Virus record (IMG/VR): IMGVR_UViG_2703718853_000003
Coordinates: 1 to 33,263 of that record
DNA: 33,263 nt
Direction: 5' to 3' (one strand)
Source of the DNA: a virus
Lineage: Duplodnaviria > Heunggongvirae > Uroviricota > Caudoviricetes
Positions within the stretch are counted from its first letter, which is position 1. Each line of letters begins with the position of its first letter. The notes beneath the pieces are model-generated. The model was not told the DNA's origin and did not search any database. It was given only the letters and a program-made list of their open reading frames with translations. A program made the translations under genes and the position numbers. Shown piece after piece: positions 1 to 8,191 of this stretch.

Positions 1-996
1 TTATGGACGCATTATGGACATTCCTGACACCGGGTTAAGAGTCACAGCATCTTGTAAGAAATCCGGTGCAAAGTGTGCGTAGGTCATAGTTTGCTGAATG
101 TTAGAATGACCCAGGATGCGCTGCAATGTGATTATGTTACCTCCATTCATTATAAAATGTGTGGCAAATGTATGCCTCAAAACATGTACTGCTTGTCCGT
201 CAGGTAAATCGGGTTTTACTTCCCTGAGAGCGTTACGCACTTTGTAGTAACTGGCATTAAAAAGCCTGCCTGAATTTTTGGTCTTGATCCGTTTAATCAG
301 GTCCTGCGAAACGGGAATTGTCCTGCGTTTTCCGTTTTTAGTTTTCATAAACGTAACCATCTGGTTAATGATGTGTTCAGCTTTTAAATTAGACACTTCA
401 CTCCAGCGTCCACCAGTAGAAAGGCAGACCAGAGTTGCATTTAATTCATCACCATCGAGCATGGATAACAGCCGCGTAATCTCTTCACTGGACAAAAAAG
501 CCATTTCCGTAACAGCTTCACGTAACCGTTTAATCTCACGGAACGGGTTGTGAGAGTGGTATTCACCGGCGTCAATTAACTTGGTGAACATCCCACTCAT
601 TATTGCCAGATGTCGATTTACGCTGGCTGGTTTTAGACCATCGTTCATCATTACAACGCGATAATCAGTTATCGTTTTCTTTGTTAGCTGGTCAGCTCTG
701 GACACTCCCATTTCTGCAAATTTGGCGATTATTGTCGTTAAACGCCCCCGTTCAATATCTCCACGCTCATGTGATTTTCCGTGATATATCCACCATCTGC
801 CTAACAACTCTGTAAGAGTTCGGCGGTCGGCTGGTTTCTCCAACCACTCTTTGTTGTGGTAGTTAACCAGTACATGACGTTCGAATGCTTGAGCTTCACC
901 TTTAGTTTTAAATTTCCGCCTGATACGTTTTCCATCTGCACCCTGCGGTCTGACGTCCACTTCATAACGACCATCATCGAGCTTTTTAATAGACAT
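1..996 (-). CDS. int: P2-type integrase (tyrosine recombinase)
   Basis: 331-aa minus-strand ORF starting MSIKKLDDGRYEVD, like P2 Int as I recall it. C-terminal R...HxLRHTFAT...Y tyrosine-recombinase motifs. Stop codon lies at positions 1-3, so the window begins at the prophage edge. Confidence 0.9.
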   Translation of the reverse strand: MSIKKLDDGRYEVDVRPQGADGKRIRRKFKTKGEAQAFERHVLVNYHNKEWLEKPADRRTLTELLGRWWIYHGKSHERGDIERGRLTTIIAKFAEMGVSRADQLTKKTITDYRVVMMNDGLKPASVNRHLAIMSGMFTKLIDAGEYHSHNPFREIKRLREAVTEMAFLSSEEITRLLSMLDGDELNATLVCLSTGGRWSEVSNLKAEHIINQMVTFMKTKNGKRRTIPVSQDLIKRIKTKNSGRLFNASYYKVRNALREVKPDLPDGQAVHVLRHTFATHFIMNGGNIITLQRILGHSNIQQTMTYAHFAPDFLQDAVTLNPVSGMSIMRP

Positions 997-1089
997 AAAG
1001 CCCTCCGATGACGCTGTTTACTTCTACTACTTGAAAATTAATGCAATTTTCTTTCGTACATTTACTACACACATATGCTGAATAAATCG

Positions 1090-1389
1090 TCAGCCAGTCT
1101 TCTGGTCTGAGTGGTGCAAGGTTGTTGAGTCTTGCCCAATGTGTGCGAGAGCCGGGGCTATTTGTCCAGCTGCTGGATCTGTTTCATCAAACATGAACCA
1201 GTCACGATACTTGCGAAAGCGTGGATGCTTAAACAGCTTCATACCTGCTTCCATAGGCATTTTTGATTTTCCTGATTCATATCCATGATATGTGTAGTAA
1301 TTAATTCCAATTAATTCAGCAAGTTCCTTAGTTTTAAGGCGTTCGGATTCACGGATGAGCTTTAGTTTCTCACTTTGTTCACTTGACAT
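1090..1389 (-). CDS. C: Immunity repressor C (P2 C-like)
   Basis: ATG at 1389 preceded by GGAG gives 99 aa, the length I recall for P2 C. It is divergent from cox and directly upstream of int, the P2 lysogenic arrangement. The ORF-track start at 1407 is a TTG. Confidence 0.75.
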   Translation of the reverse strand: MSSEQSEKLKLIRESERLKTKELAELIGINYYTYHGYESGKSKMPMEAGMKLFKHPRFRKYRDWFMFDETDPAAGQIAPALAHIGQDSTTLHHSDQKTG

Positions 1390-1407
1390 AATTTTGCTAA
1401 TCTCCAA

Positions 1408-1482
1408 TTATATTGTTACTTGGCAATTTGCGATTCACTCAAAAAGGCTCTAGATGGCTCCAGTTGGTGAATCGCAAATCTT
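1408..1482. promoter_or_regulatory. C/cox divergent switch region with 13-bp perfect inverted repeat (candidate operator and face-to-face promoters)
   Basis: atttgcgattcac at 1426-1438 and its reverse complement gtgaatcgcaaat at 1468-1480, located between the divergent C and cox start codons. Confidence 0.5.
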
Positions 1483-1854
1483 ATGGAGGATAGCAAAGTG
1501 ACGACAAATGTAGAAATTTCTTGTCCAACTAGCGATGAGGCAAGTTTCGAAAATGAAGCCAAACGTAAAAGCATTCAGATTTCAGAGCGCCCATCTGATT
1601 TGCTGTCGAAAGAAGGTTTTGCTCTTTACATCGGTAAGACACCACGCGCGGTGGCTGAAATGGCTAAAGCAGGAAAGCTGCCAGCCTTCTACATGACAGA
1701 CCCATTAAAACCAAGAGGGAAAGCTGAATTATGGATTAATCGCCGTGAGTGGGACAAGTACGCAGCCCAACTGGTTGATGAAGCTCCGACAGAATGGCAT
1801 GACTGGAAAAATCGCATTAGTTACAGCAAATCAAGACATGGCCGTGCGGCTTAA
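1483..1854 (+). CDS. cox: Cox/Apl-like excisionase and transcriptional regulator
   Basis: First rightward gene after the switch. The segment GKTPRAVAEMAKAGKLPAFYMTDP resembles the Cox HTH region. At 123 aa it is longer than P2 Cox (91 aa). The start may instead be GTG 1498, which follows GGAGGA. Confidence 0.6.
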   Translation: MEDSKVTTNVEISCPTSDEASFENEAKRKSIQISERPSDLLSKEGFALYIGKTPRAVAEMAKAGKLPAFYMTDPLKPRGKAELWINRREWDKYAAQLVDEAPTEWHDWKNRISYSKSRHGRAA

Positions 1855-1864
1855 GGTGGAAAGG

Positions 1865-2035
1865 ATGAACGAGCCTCGTTGTATTGCTCAGTTACTGCGT
1901 AACGAAAGCCCCAGGGCGATTGACTTCACCATCACCCACGGTAAGGGGCGTAAGGGAATCATTATCCGCACCAAAAAACAGAGTCCGTTAAAAAAGGCTC
2001 TGACCTTTCTGAAAAGCCGGAGGGTCTGGAAATGA
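1865..2035 (+). CDS. Small early hypothetical protein (P2 orf78 position)
   Basis: ATG at 1865 preceded by AAGGTGGA; 56 aa; its stop overlaps the B start (ATGA). The ORF-track start at 1745 overlaps cox and is less likely. Confidence 0.4.
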   Translation: MNEPRCIAQLLRNESPRAIDFTITHGKGRKGIIIRTKKQSPLKKALTFLKSRRVWK

Positions 2036-2532
2036 CAGTGATGACGCTCAATCTCGTCGAAAAACAGCCAGCAACTATGCGCCGGATAATTGGTAAGCAT
2101 CTGGCCGTCCCTCGCTGGCGGGATACATGTGATTATTATAATCAGATGATGGAGCGCGAACGGTTAACGGTTTGCTTTCATGCGCAGTTAAAACAGCGTC
2201 ACGCAACGATGCGTTTTGAAGAAATGAACGACGTCGAACGTGAACGGCTGGTTTGTGCAATTGATGAATTGCGTGGGGCATTCTCAAAACGCCGTCAGGT
2301 TGGCGCAAGTGAGTATGCATATATTAGTTTTTTAACAGTCAGTCAGCGTCGTACTTTATTTATGCATGCCGGATTGACTGAAAAAGAATTCAACCAGCCA
2401 TACTGGCGAATTAATGAAGAGTCATGTTACTGGCGTGATGCTTTATTCCGTGCATTACGTGAATTATTCAGCCTGTTTGAGTATGCACCGACAATTCTGA
2501 CGTCGGTAAAACCAGAGCAATATCTGCATTAA
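2032..2532 (+). CDS. B: Replication protein B (P2 gpB-like)
   Basis: 166 aa, the length I recall for P2 B, and in the expected position after cox. Confidence 0.7.
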   Translation: MTVMTLNLVEKQPATMRRIIGKHLAVPRWRDTCDYYNQMMERERLTVCFHAQLKQRHATMRFEEMNDVERERLVCAIDELRGAFSKRRQVGASEYAYISFLTVSQRRTLFMHAGLTEKEFNQPYWRINEESCYWRDALFRALRELFSLFEYAPTILTSVKPEQYLH

Positions 2533-2595
2533 GTAATTAACCAGAGTTTTAAACGCACTTAATTGTGCGGGGCTTCTTTTTGCCTGGAGAAAGTC

Positions 2596-2820
2596 ATGCA
2601 TACAGTTTCTGAAAATCAGTGCGGTAAATACGCATTACTGCTGCAACAGGCCAGAACCGAAGCACAGGCCGACGCAGCGACGCGCTTTTCTTCTCATCTT
2701 GATGCCATGATTCGCCACATCACAAAGGCGGAGTTATCCCGCGTAGAGATAGTCGAGCTGCTCAGTCAGGAGTCGGAAAAATTTCACAATATCGGATTGT
2801 CTCGCGGGGAGGTGCTTTGA
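2596..2820 (+). CDS. Early hypothetical protein (P2 orf80 position)
   Basis: ATG at 2596 preceded by GGAGAAAG; 74 aa. Confidence 0.5.
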   Translation: MHTVSENQCGKYALLLQQARTEAQADAATRFSSHLDAMIRHITKAELSRVEIVELLSQESEKFHNIGLSRGEVL

Positions 2821-3122
2821 TGTCCTGTTCTCGTTCAGTTGTATTACTGAATAACGCCTTAAAAATCACCGTTATGAAAAATGGCGATTTATCTCTTATT
2901 CAACTTGGTCTTGATAAAGAAAAACGCGAAATAACTGAGTCTGTTATCGCGATTTATCAGAACGAATTAAATCTCCTGTCTGATGTGGTCAATTTACTTG
3001 TTAAGCGCGCTGTATTTCACAAGCAAATCTCCTCCGTGGATGAACTGACGAAATTAACGACAGAAATTGCCAGCTATTGCGCTGATGAATTTAAAAAACT
3101 TAACGACAAAAGGAGCTGGTAA
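2820..3122 (+). CDS. Early hypothetical protein (P2 orf81 position)
   Basis: ATG at 2820 overlaps the upstream stop and is preceded by GGGGAGGTG; 100 aa. Confidence 0.5.
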   Translation: MSCSRSVVLLNNALKITVMKNGDLSLIQLGLDKEKREITESVIAIYQNELNLLSDVVNLLVKRAVFHKQISSVDELTKLTTEIASYCADEFKKLNDKRSW

Positions 3123-3346
3123 TGCCGGACAACGTAGATTTTATTCAGGAACAACAGGCTGAATTACTGGAGCGTCAGATTAACGCGGCAAGGGTAAAAC
3201 ATGGCGGTGCTTCTGCGCTGGTTTGCGAAGAGTGTGACGCGCCAATACCTGCTGCCCGTCGTGCGGCTTACCCGTCAGCCACGCGTTGTGTTTCCTGTCA
3301 GTCAGTCTTTGAAGCAAAAAACAAACATTACCGGAGAACGGCATGA
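3122..3346 (+). CDS. TraR/DksA-family C4 zinc-finger protein (P2 orf82 position)
   Basis: 74 aa with CEECDAPIP...CVSCQ, a C4 zinc finger typical of phage TraR/DksA-like proteins. Start overlaps the upstream stop (TAATG). Confidence 0.7.
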   Translation: MPDNVDFIQEQQAELLERQINAARVKHGGASALVCEECDAPIPAARRAAYPSATRCVSCQSVFEAKNKHYRRTA

Positions 3347-3618
3347 GTATTCGTATTGAAATTGGCGAACGTTATGTCGTTACCAGTGACAGCTTTCAGT
3401 TTATTCTCCACGAGAAAAAGAGAGCGGAAAGCGGTAAAAACGCCGGTCAGGAATGGCTGGCGGTGGTTGGTTATTACCCGAAATTAAGCCAGCTCGTTTC
3501 CGGCCTGATGCATCACGATATTCTGACCGGAAGCGCAAAGTCTTTTGCTGATTTAAACGCGCAGGTTGAGCAACTCAGCAAGCGTTGTTCAGAGGCTTTT
3601 GGCTCATATGGCCGTTAA
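3343..3618 (+). CDS. Early hypothetical protein (P2 orf83 position)
   Basis: 91-aa ORF, ATGA-coupled to the upstream gene. Confidence 0.5.
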   Translation: MSIRIEIGERYVVTSDSFQFILHEKKRAESGKNAGQEWLAVVGYYPKLSQLVSGLMHHDILTGSAKSFADLNAQVEQLSKRCSEAFGSYGR

Positions 3619-5728
3619 AGCCTCCGGGCGTTTTGTCCCTCCGTCAGCATTTGCCGCAGGCACCGGTAAGGCGTTTACCGGTGCTTATGCATGGAACGCG
3701 CCACGCGAGGCTGTCGGGCGCGAAAGACCCCTTACACGTGACGAGATGCGTCAGGTGCAAGGTGTTTTATCCACGATTAACCGCCTGCCTTACTTTTTGC
3801 GCTCGCTGTTTACTTCACGCTATGACTACATCCGGCGCAATAAAAGCCCGGTACACGGGTTTTATTTCCTCACATCCACTTTTCAGCGTCGTTTATGGCC
3901 GCGCATTGAGCGTGTGAATCAGCGCCATGAAATGAACACCGACGCGTCGTTGCTGTTTCTGGCAGAGCGTGACCACTATGCGCGCCTGCCGGGAATGAAT
4001 GACAAGGAGCTGAAAAAGTTTGCCGCCCGTATCTCATCGCAGCTTTTCATGATGTATGAGGAACTCAGCGATGCCTGGGTGGATGCGCATGGCGAAAAAG
4101 AATCGCTGTTTACGGATGAGGCGCAGGCTCACCTGTATGGTCATGTTGCTGGCGCTGCACGTGCTTTCAATATTTCCCCTCTCTACTGGAAAAAATACCG
4201 TAAAGGACAGATGACCACGAGGCAGGCATATTCTGCCATTGCCCGTCTGTTTAACGATGAGTGGTGGACTCATCAGCTTAAAGGCCAGCGTATGCGCTGG
4301 CATGAGGCGTTACTGATTGCTGTCGGGGAGGTCAATAAAGACCGTTCTCCTTATGCCAGTAAACATGCCATTCGTGATGTGCGTGCGCGCCGCCAGGCAA
4401 ATCTGGAATTTCTTAAATCGTGTGACCTTGAAAACAGGGAAACCGGCGAGCGCATCGACCTTATCAGTAAGGTGATGGGCAGTATTTCTAATCCTGAAAT
4501 TCGCCGGATGGAGCTGATGAACACCATTGCCGGTATTGAGCGTTACGCCGCCGCAGAGGGTGATGTGGGGATGTTTATCACGCTGACCGCGCCGTCAAAG
4601 TATCACCCGACACGTCAGGTCGGAAAAGGCGAAAGTAAAACCGTCCAGCTAAATCACGGCTGGAACGATGAGGCATTTAATCCAAAGGATGCGCAGCGTT
4701 ATCTCTGCCGTATCTGGAGCCTGATGCGCACGGCATTCAAGGATAATGACTTACAGGTCTACGGTTTGCGTGTCGTCGAGCCACACCACGACGGAACGCC
4801 GCACTGGCATATGATGCTTTTTTGTAATCCACGCCAGCGTAACCAGATTATTGAAATCATGCGTCGCTACGCGCTCAAAGAGGATGGAGACGAAAGAGGA
4901 GCTGCGCGAAACCGTTTTCAGGCAAAACACCTTAACCGGGGCGGTGCTGCGGGGTATATCGCGAAATACATCTCAAAAAACATCGATGGCTATGCACTGG
5001 ATGGTCAGCTCGATAACGACACCGGCAGGCCGCTGAAAGACACAGCCGCGGCTGTTACCGCATGGGCGTCAACGTGGCGCATACCACAATTTAAAACGGT
5101 TGGCCTGCCGACAATGGGGGCTTACCGTGAACTACGCAAATTGCCCCGCGGCGTCAGCATTGCTGATGAGTTTGACGAGCGCGTCGAGGCTGCACGCGCC
5201 GCCGCAGACAGTGGTGATTTTGCGCTGTATATCAGCGCGCAGGGCGGGGCAAATGTCCCGCGCGATTGTCAGACTGTCAGGGTCGCCCGTAGTCCGTCGG
5301 ATGACGTTAACGAGTACGAGGAAGAAGTCGAGAGAGTGGTCGGCATTTACGCGCCGCATCTCGGCGCGCGTCATATTCATATCACCAGAACGACGGACTG
5401 GCACATTGTGCCGAAAGTTCCGGTCGTTGAGCCTTTGACTTTAAAAAGCGGCATCGCCGCGCCTCGGAGTCCTGTCAATAACTGTGGAAAGCTCTCCGGT
5501 GGTGATGCTTCGTTACCGGCTCCCACACCTTCTGAGCACGCCGCAGCAGTGCTTAATCTGGTTGATGACGGTGTTATCGAATGGAATGACCCGGAGGTCG
5601 TGAGGGCGCTCAGGGGCGCATTAAAACACGGGCTGAGAACGCCAAATCGTCAGCAAGGAAACGGAAGCCCGTTAAAACCACATGAAATAGCACCGTCGGG
5701 CAGATTGAACAGGTGGGAACGATTGTAA
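3608..5728 (+). CDS. A: Replication initiation endonuclease A (rolling-circle HUH nickase)
   Basis: About 706 aa from ATG 3608. Contains HWHMMLF (HUH motif) and a YIAKYISK catalytic-tyrosine motif. The track start at 3566 overlaps the previous gene more, so the internal ATG was preferred. Confidence 0.85.
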   Translation: MAVKASGRFVPPSAFAAGTGKAFTGAYAWNAPREAVGRERPLTRDEMRQVQGVLSTINRLPYFLRSLFTSRYDYIRRNKSPVHGFYFLTSTFQRRLWPRIERVNQRHEMNTDASLLFLAERDHYARLPGMNDKELKKFAARISSQLFMMYEELSDAWVDAHGEKESLFTDEAQAHLYGHVAGAARAFNISPLYWKKYRKGQMTTRQAYSAIARLFNDEWWTHQLKGQRMRWHEALLIAVGEVNKDRSPYASKHAIRDVRARRQANLEFLKSCDLENRETGERIDLISKVMGSISNPEIRRMELMNTIAGIERYAAAEGDVGMFITLTAPSKYHPTRQVGKGESKTVQLNHGWNDEAFNPKDAQRYLCRIWSLMRTAFKDNDLQVYGLRVVEPHHDGTPHWHMMLFCNPRQRNQIIEIMRRYALKEDGDERGAARNRFQAKHLNRGGAAGYIAKYISKNIDGYALDGQLDNDTGRPLKDTAAAVTAWASTWRIPQFKTVGLPTMGAYRELRKLPRGVSIADEFDERVEAARAAADSGDFALYISAQGGANVPRDCQTVRVARSPSDDVNEYEEEVERVVGIYAPHLGARHIHITRTTDWHIVPKVPVVEPLTLKSGIAAPRSPVNNCGKLSGGDASLPAPTPSEHAAAVLNLVDDGVIEWNDPEVVRALRGALKHGLRTPNRQQGNGSPLKPHEIAPSGRLNRWERL

Positions 5729-5949
5729 ATACCCCATATAAGAGTTGTTCTTGCTCAACATGGCATCTGAACGCAAAGATAAAAGCCTGGGAGGCATACA
5801 GATAGTCCTGCTGTAAGTTAGTTGGAAAAAGATTGATTTACTTTATTACAGGAAGCCTCGATAAAATAATTCTAACGTGGATAAGGATATAAATTTATTA
5901 TAATGAATCTGTCAATATTATAATAAATGTTATTTTTAAAGAGATGAAA

Positions 5950-5985
5950 GGTAGGGTTGTTGTTTGTTGGTTTTTGTGATATAAT
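5950..5985 (+). promoter_or_regulatory. Candidate sigma70 promoter with extended -10 (TGaTATAAT) for the cargo ATPase operon
   Basis: TGATATAAT at 5977-5985 with a TTGTTG-like -35 about 18 bp upstream, inside an AT-rich intergenic region about 40 bp before the ATPase start. Confidence 0.4.
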
Positions 5986-6025
5986 ATTAAATTCATGTAA
6001 CTAGTAAATGCAAATGGAAAAAAGC

Positions 6026-7162
6026 ATGAGAATAAAATCACTGGAGACATATAACTCTCACAGTAAATTGAAAATTAATAAAATAGAATTCAAATCACTG
6101 ACCTTATTGGTTGGTGCTTCAGGTGTAGGGAAAACACAAATACTTCGTTCTATCAATAAAATAAAGTCTATCGCACATGGTGATTCCGTTAGTGGGTTTT
6201 GCTGGAACGTTGAGTTTAATGCTGAAGGTAATGATTATCAATGGTCTGGTGAGTTTGAGGCGCTGGAGGATTATGATGATTTTACTTATGGAATGTTTCA
6301 TTTTGATGATGACGACAAGGTTGAACCAAAAATTATAAAAGAAGAAGTTAAAATCAATGGTTCAATTATTATCACCAGAAGTGGCGATGATATCGTTTAT
6401 AATGACAGTAAAACAGTTAAGCTGGCTTCTACAGTTAGTATAGTTCATCACTTGCGTGAGGAAGATGATATTTCGGTTATACACAAGTCATTTTCACGAA
6501 TTGTGCAAGTTGATGATGATGAAATGCATAAGGTGTTTCCTAGAAAAAATAAAGATGCTTCAGAGGATGAAGAGCTTAGCATCAATGATATCAGAGAGAA
6601 GTCATTCTCTTTGAGTGCTAAGTTGTATTTGTGTCAAGAAAAACAACCAGTCTACTTTCATCAAATTAAAAATTCATTTGTGGAGATTTTTCCATATATT
6701 GAAGATATAAAGGTGGTTAAGGTTGATACAAGAGGGATTCCTTTCTTTGTTCATTCTGTATATGCACTCAAGGTTAAGGAAAGAGGGATTGATGAGTGGA
6801 TTTCGCACAATTCAATGTCTACCGGGATGTTGAAAACATTTGTCCAACTGGCATATCTGCATCTTAGCCCGACGGGAACTGTGTTCTTAATTGATGAGTT
6901 CGAGAATGGCTTTGGTGTTAACTGTATTAATGATATAACAGATGTGCTACTACATCATGGTAATGATGTTCAGTTTATTTTGACGAGTCATCATCCTTAT
7001 ATTATAAATAACATACCGCTTGATAACTGGAAAATTATTTCAAGGAAGGCCGGGGTTGTTGATAACTATTCTGCGGATTTTTTTAATTTAAAAGAATCCA
7101 ATCATGAGGCGTTTACTAAATTAATAAATTTAAGCGTTTATTTTGATGGTGCGGATAGATGA
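6026..7162 (+). CDS. ABC/SMC-like P-loop ATPase (AAA_15/AAA_21-like; OLD N-terminal / AriA-like), cargo gene
   Basis: Walker A GASGVGKT, ABC-signature-like SMSTGMLK, Walker B VFLIDEFENG, H-loop-like LTSHHP. The N-terminus MRIKSLE is typical of this ATPase class. Start could also be ATG 6008 or 6014. AT-rich codon usage unlike the backbone. Confidence 0.8.
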   Translation: MRIKSLETYNSHSKLKINKIEFKSLTLLVGASGVGKTQILRSINKIKSIAHGDSVSGFCWNVEFNAEGNDYQWSGEFEALEDYDDFTYGMFHFDDDDKVEPKIIKEEVKINGSIIITRSGDDIVYNDSKTVKLASTVSIVHHLREEDDISVIHKSFSRIVQVDDDEMHKVFPRKNKDASEDEELSINDIREKSFSLSAKLYLCQEKQPVYFHQIKNSFVEIFPYIEDIKVVKVDTRGIPFFVHSVYALKVKERGIDEWISHNSMSTGMLKTFVQLAYLHLSPTGTVFLIDEFENGFGVNCINDITDVLLHHGNDVQFILTSHHPYIINNIPLDNWKIISRKAGVVDNYSADFFNLKESNHEAFTKLINLSVYFDGADR

Positions 7163-7869
7163 ATTTGTATATTTTGGCTGAGGGGCGACAAACAGAGCGC
7201 AGAATCTATCCGGCATGGATAGGCGTTCTATCTCCATCTTTAAAGCAAGTTGAGTGTTTGTCTGCAATAGATAAAAACAACTATTATTTTATAAGCGGCG
7301 AGGGATATCCTCGTATGATTGATGTGACGCTTATTAATGCAATTAAAGATATACATGATAACCCTAAATTTACCGATTTTTGGGTTGTGCTAGACTCTGA
7401 AGGAGAGGATGTTGAGGCAAGGAGAGAGCTTGTTAGAAATAAGATTGATTCTTCTGGTATAGATATATCTCATTGTGAAGTAAATATAATAGTTCAAAAT
7501 CCGTGCATAGAAACGTGGGGGCTAGGGAATCGAGTCATTATTTCGCCAAATAAGTTGACTGAATCTTTTTTGGACTATTATGAGCACTATGATGTGTCAT
7601 CCAATGATCCAGAGGGTATGGGGAAGCCTCTTGCCTATGACGGATCAATTGCTAAGTATCACGAGAGTTATTTAAAAAGTATGCTTGCTTTAAGAAATGC
7701 AATGTATACGAAAAAAAATCCAGCAGCATTGATGGAGCCTTCATATTTGCAACAGCTTATATCCAGAGCTTATGCTGAGGATGGACATATACCAAGCTTT
7801 AGGCATTTTCATACGTTGGCTACTCAGCTTGAGGCTAAAGCGAAAATGTTGGAAAGCCGTGTAGCGTAG
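7159..7869 (+). CDS. Small TOPRIM-like partner protein (DUF4276/DUF4435-like, putative nuclease), cargo gene
   Basis: 236 aa; start ATG overlaps the ATPase stop (ATGA). N-terminal LYILAEG (conserved Glu) and VVLDSEGED (acidic DxE/D cluster) fit a TOPRIM-like signature. The family call is inferred from motifs only. Confidence 0.6.
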   Translation: MNLYILAEGRQTERRIYPAWIGVLSPSLKQVECLSAIDKNNYYFISGEGYPRMIDVTLINAIKDIHDNPKFTDFWVVLDSEGEDVEARRELVRNKIDSSGIDISHCEVNIIVQNPCIETWGLGNRVIISPNKLTESFLDYYEHYDVSSNDPEGMGKPLAYDGSIAKYHESYLKSMLALRNAMYTKKNPAALMEPSYLQQLISRAYAEDGHIPSFRHFHTLATQLEAKAKMLESRVA

Positions 7870-7875
7870 AATTGA

Positions 7876-7919
7876 CGACATCATGCATTTTTGTGCATGA
7901 TGTCGCATTTGTTTTTTTA
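7876..7919 (+). terminator. Rho-independent terminator after the cargo operon
   Basis: 12-bp perfect stem cgacatcatgca / tgcatgatgtcg (7876-7887 and 7894-7905), followed by a T-rich tract ending in seven T. Confidence 0.7.
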
Positions 7920-8003
7920 TGTCCTCTCTAACCAATATTGCTCTGTTCGTTAGTATTTGTAGCGGGCATGCACCTGCATTAAAACCGACCCATGAAGTGG
8001 GCG

Positions 8004-8022
8004 GGCGAGGCGGGGAAAGCAC
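8004..8022. other. cos site (19-nt cohesive end GGCGAGGCGGGGAAAGCAC)
   Basis: Matches the P2 cohesive-end sequence as I remember it, at the expected place between the old/tin region and Q. Confidence 0.6.
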
Positions 8023-8162
8023 TGCGCGCTGGCGGTGGTGCTGATTTTATTTTTTCAGCGTCTCAGCGCGTCGTGATGGCATTTAGTCGGCCTGCAGGGG
8101 CGTTGGTGTGTCTGCGGGGTGTTTTGTGCGGTGGTGAGCGTGTGAGGGCGTGATGACGGGGT

Positions 8163-8187
8163 GTAAAAAAGCCGCCCGCAGGCGGCG
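8163..8187 (-). terminator. Rho-independent terminator downstream of Q (minus strand)
   Basis: gccgcc-cgca-ggcggc hairpin at 8171-8186; on the minus strand it is followed by a six-T run (plus-strand A-run 8165-8170), immediately 3' of the Q stop. Confidence 0.6.
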
Positions 8188-8191
8188 TTGT

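Noticed and set aside
1745-2035. 96-aa ORF start at 1745, overlapping the 3' third of cox
   Set aside because: The long overlap with cox is unlikely. The internal ATG at 1865 with a good Shine-Dalgarno immediately after the cox stop is preferred, though even that small gene is low confidence.
3585-3917. 110-aa ORF in an alternate frame at the start of gene A, and the ORF-track start of A at 3566
   Set aside because: The alternate-frame ORF is embedded in A. For A itself the ATG at 3608 gives a shorter overlap with the upstream gene.
7741-8022. 93-aa minus-strand ORF spanning the end of the TOPRIM-like gene, the terminator and cos
   Set aside because: It overlaps a better-supported plus-strand gene and runs through the terminator hairpin and cos; almost certainly spurious.
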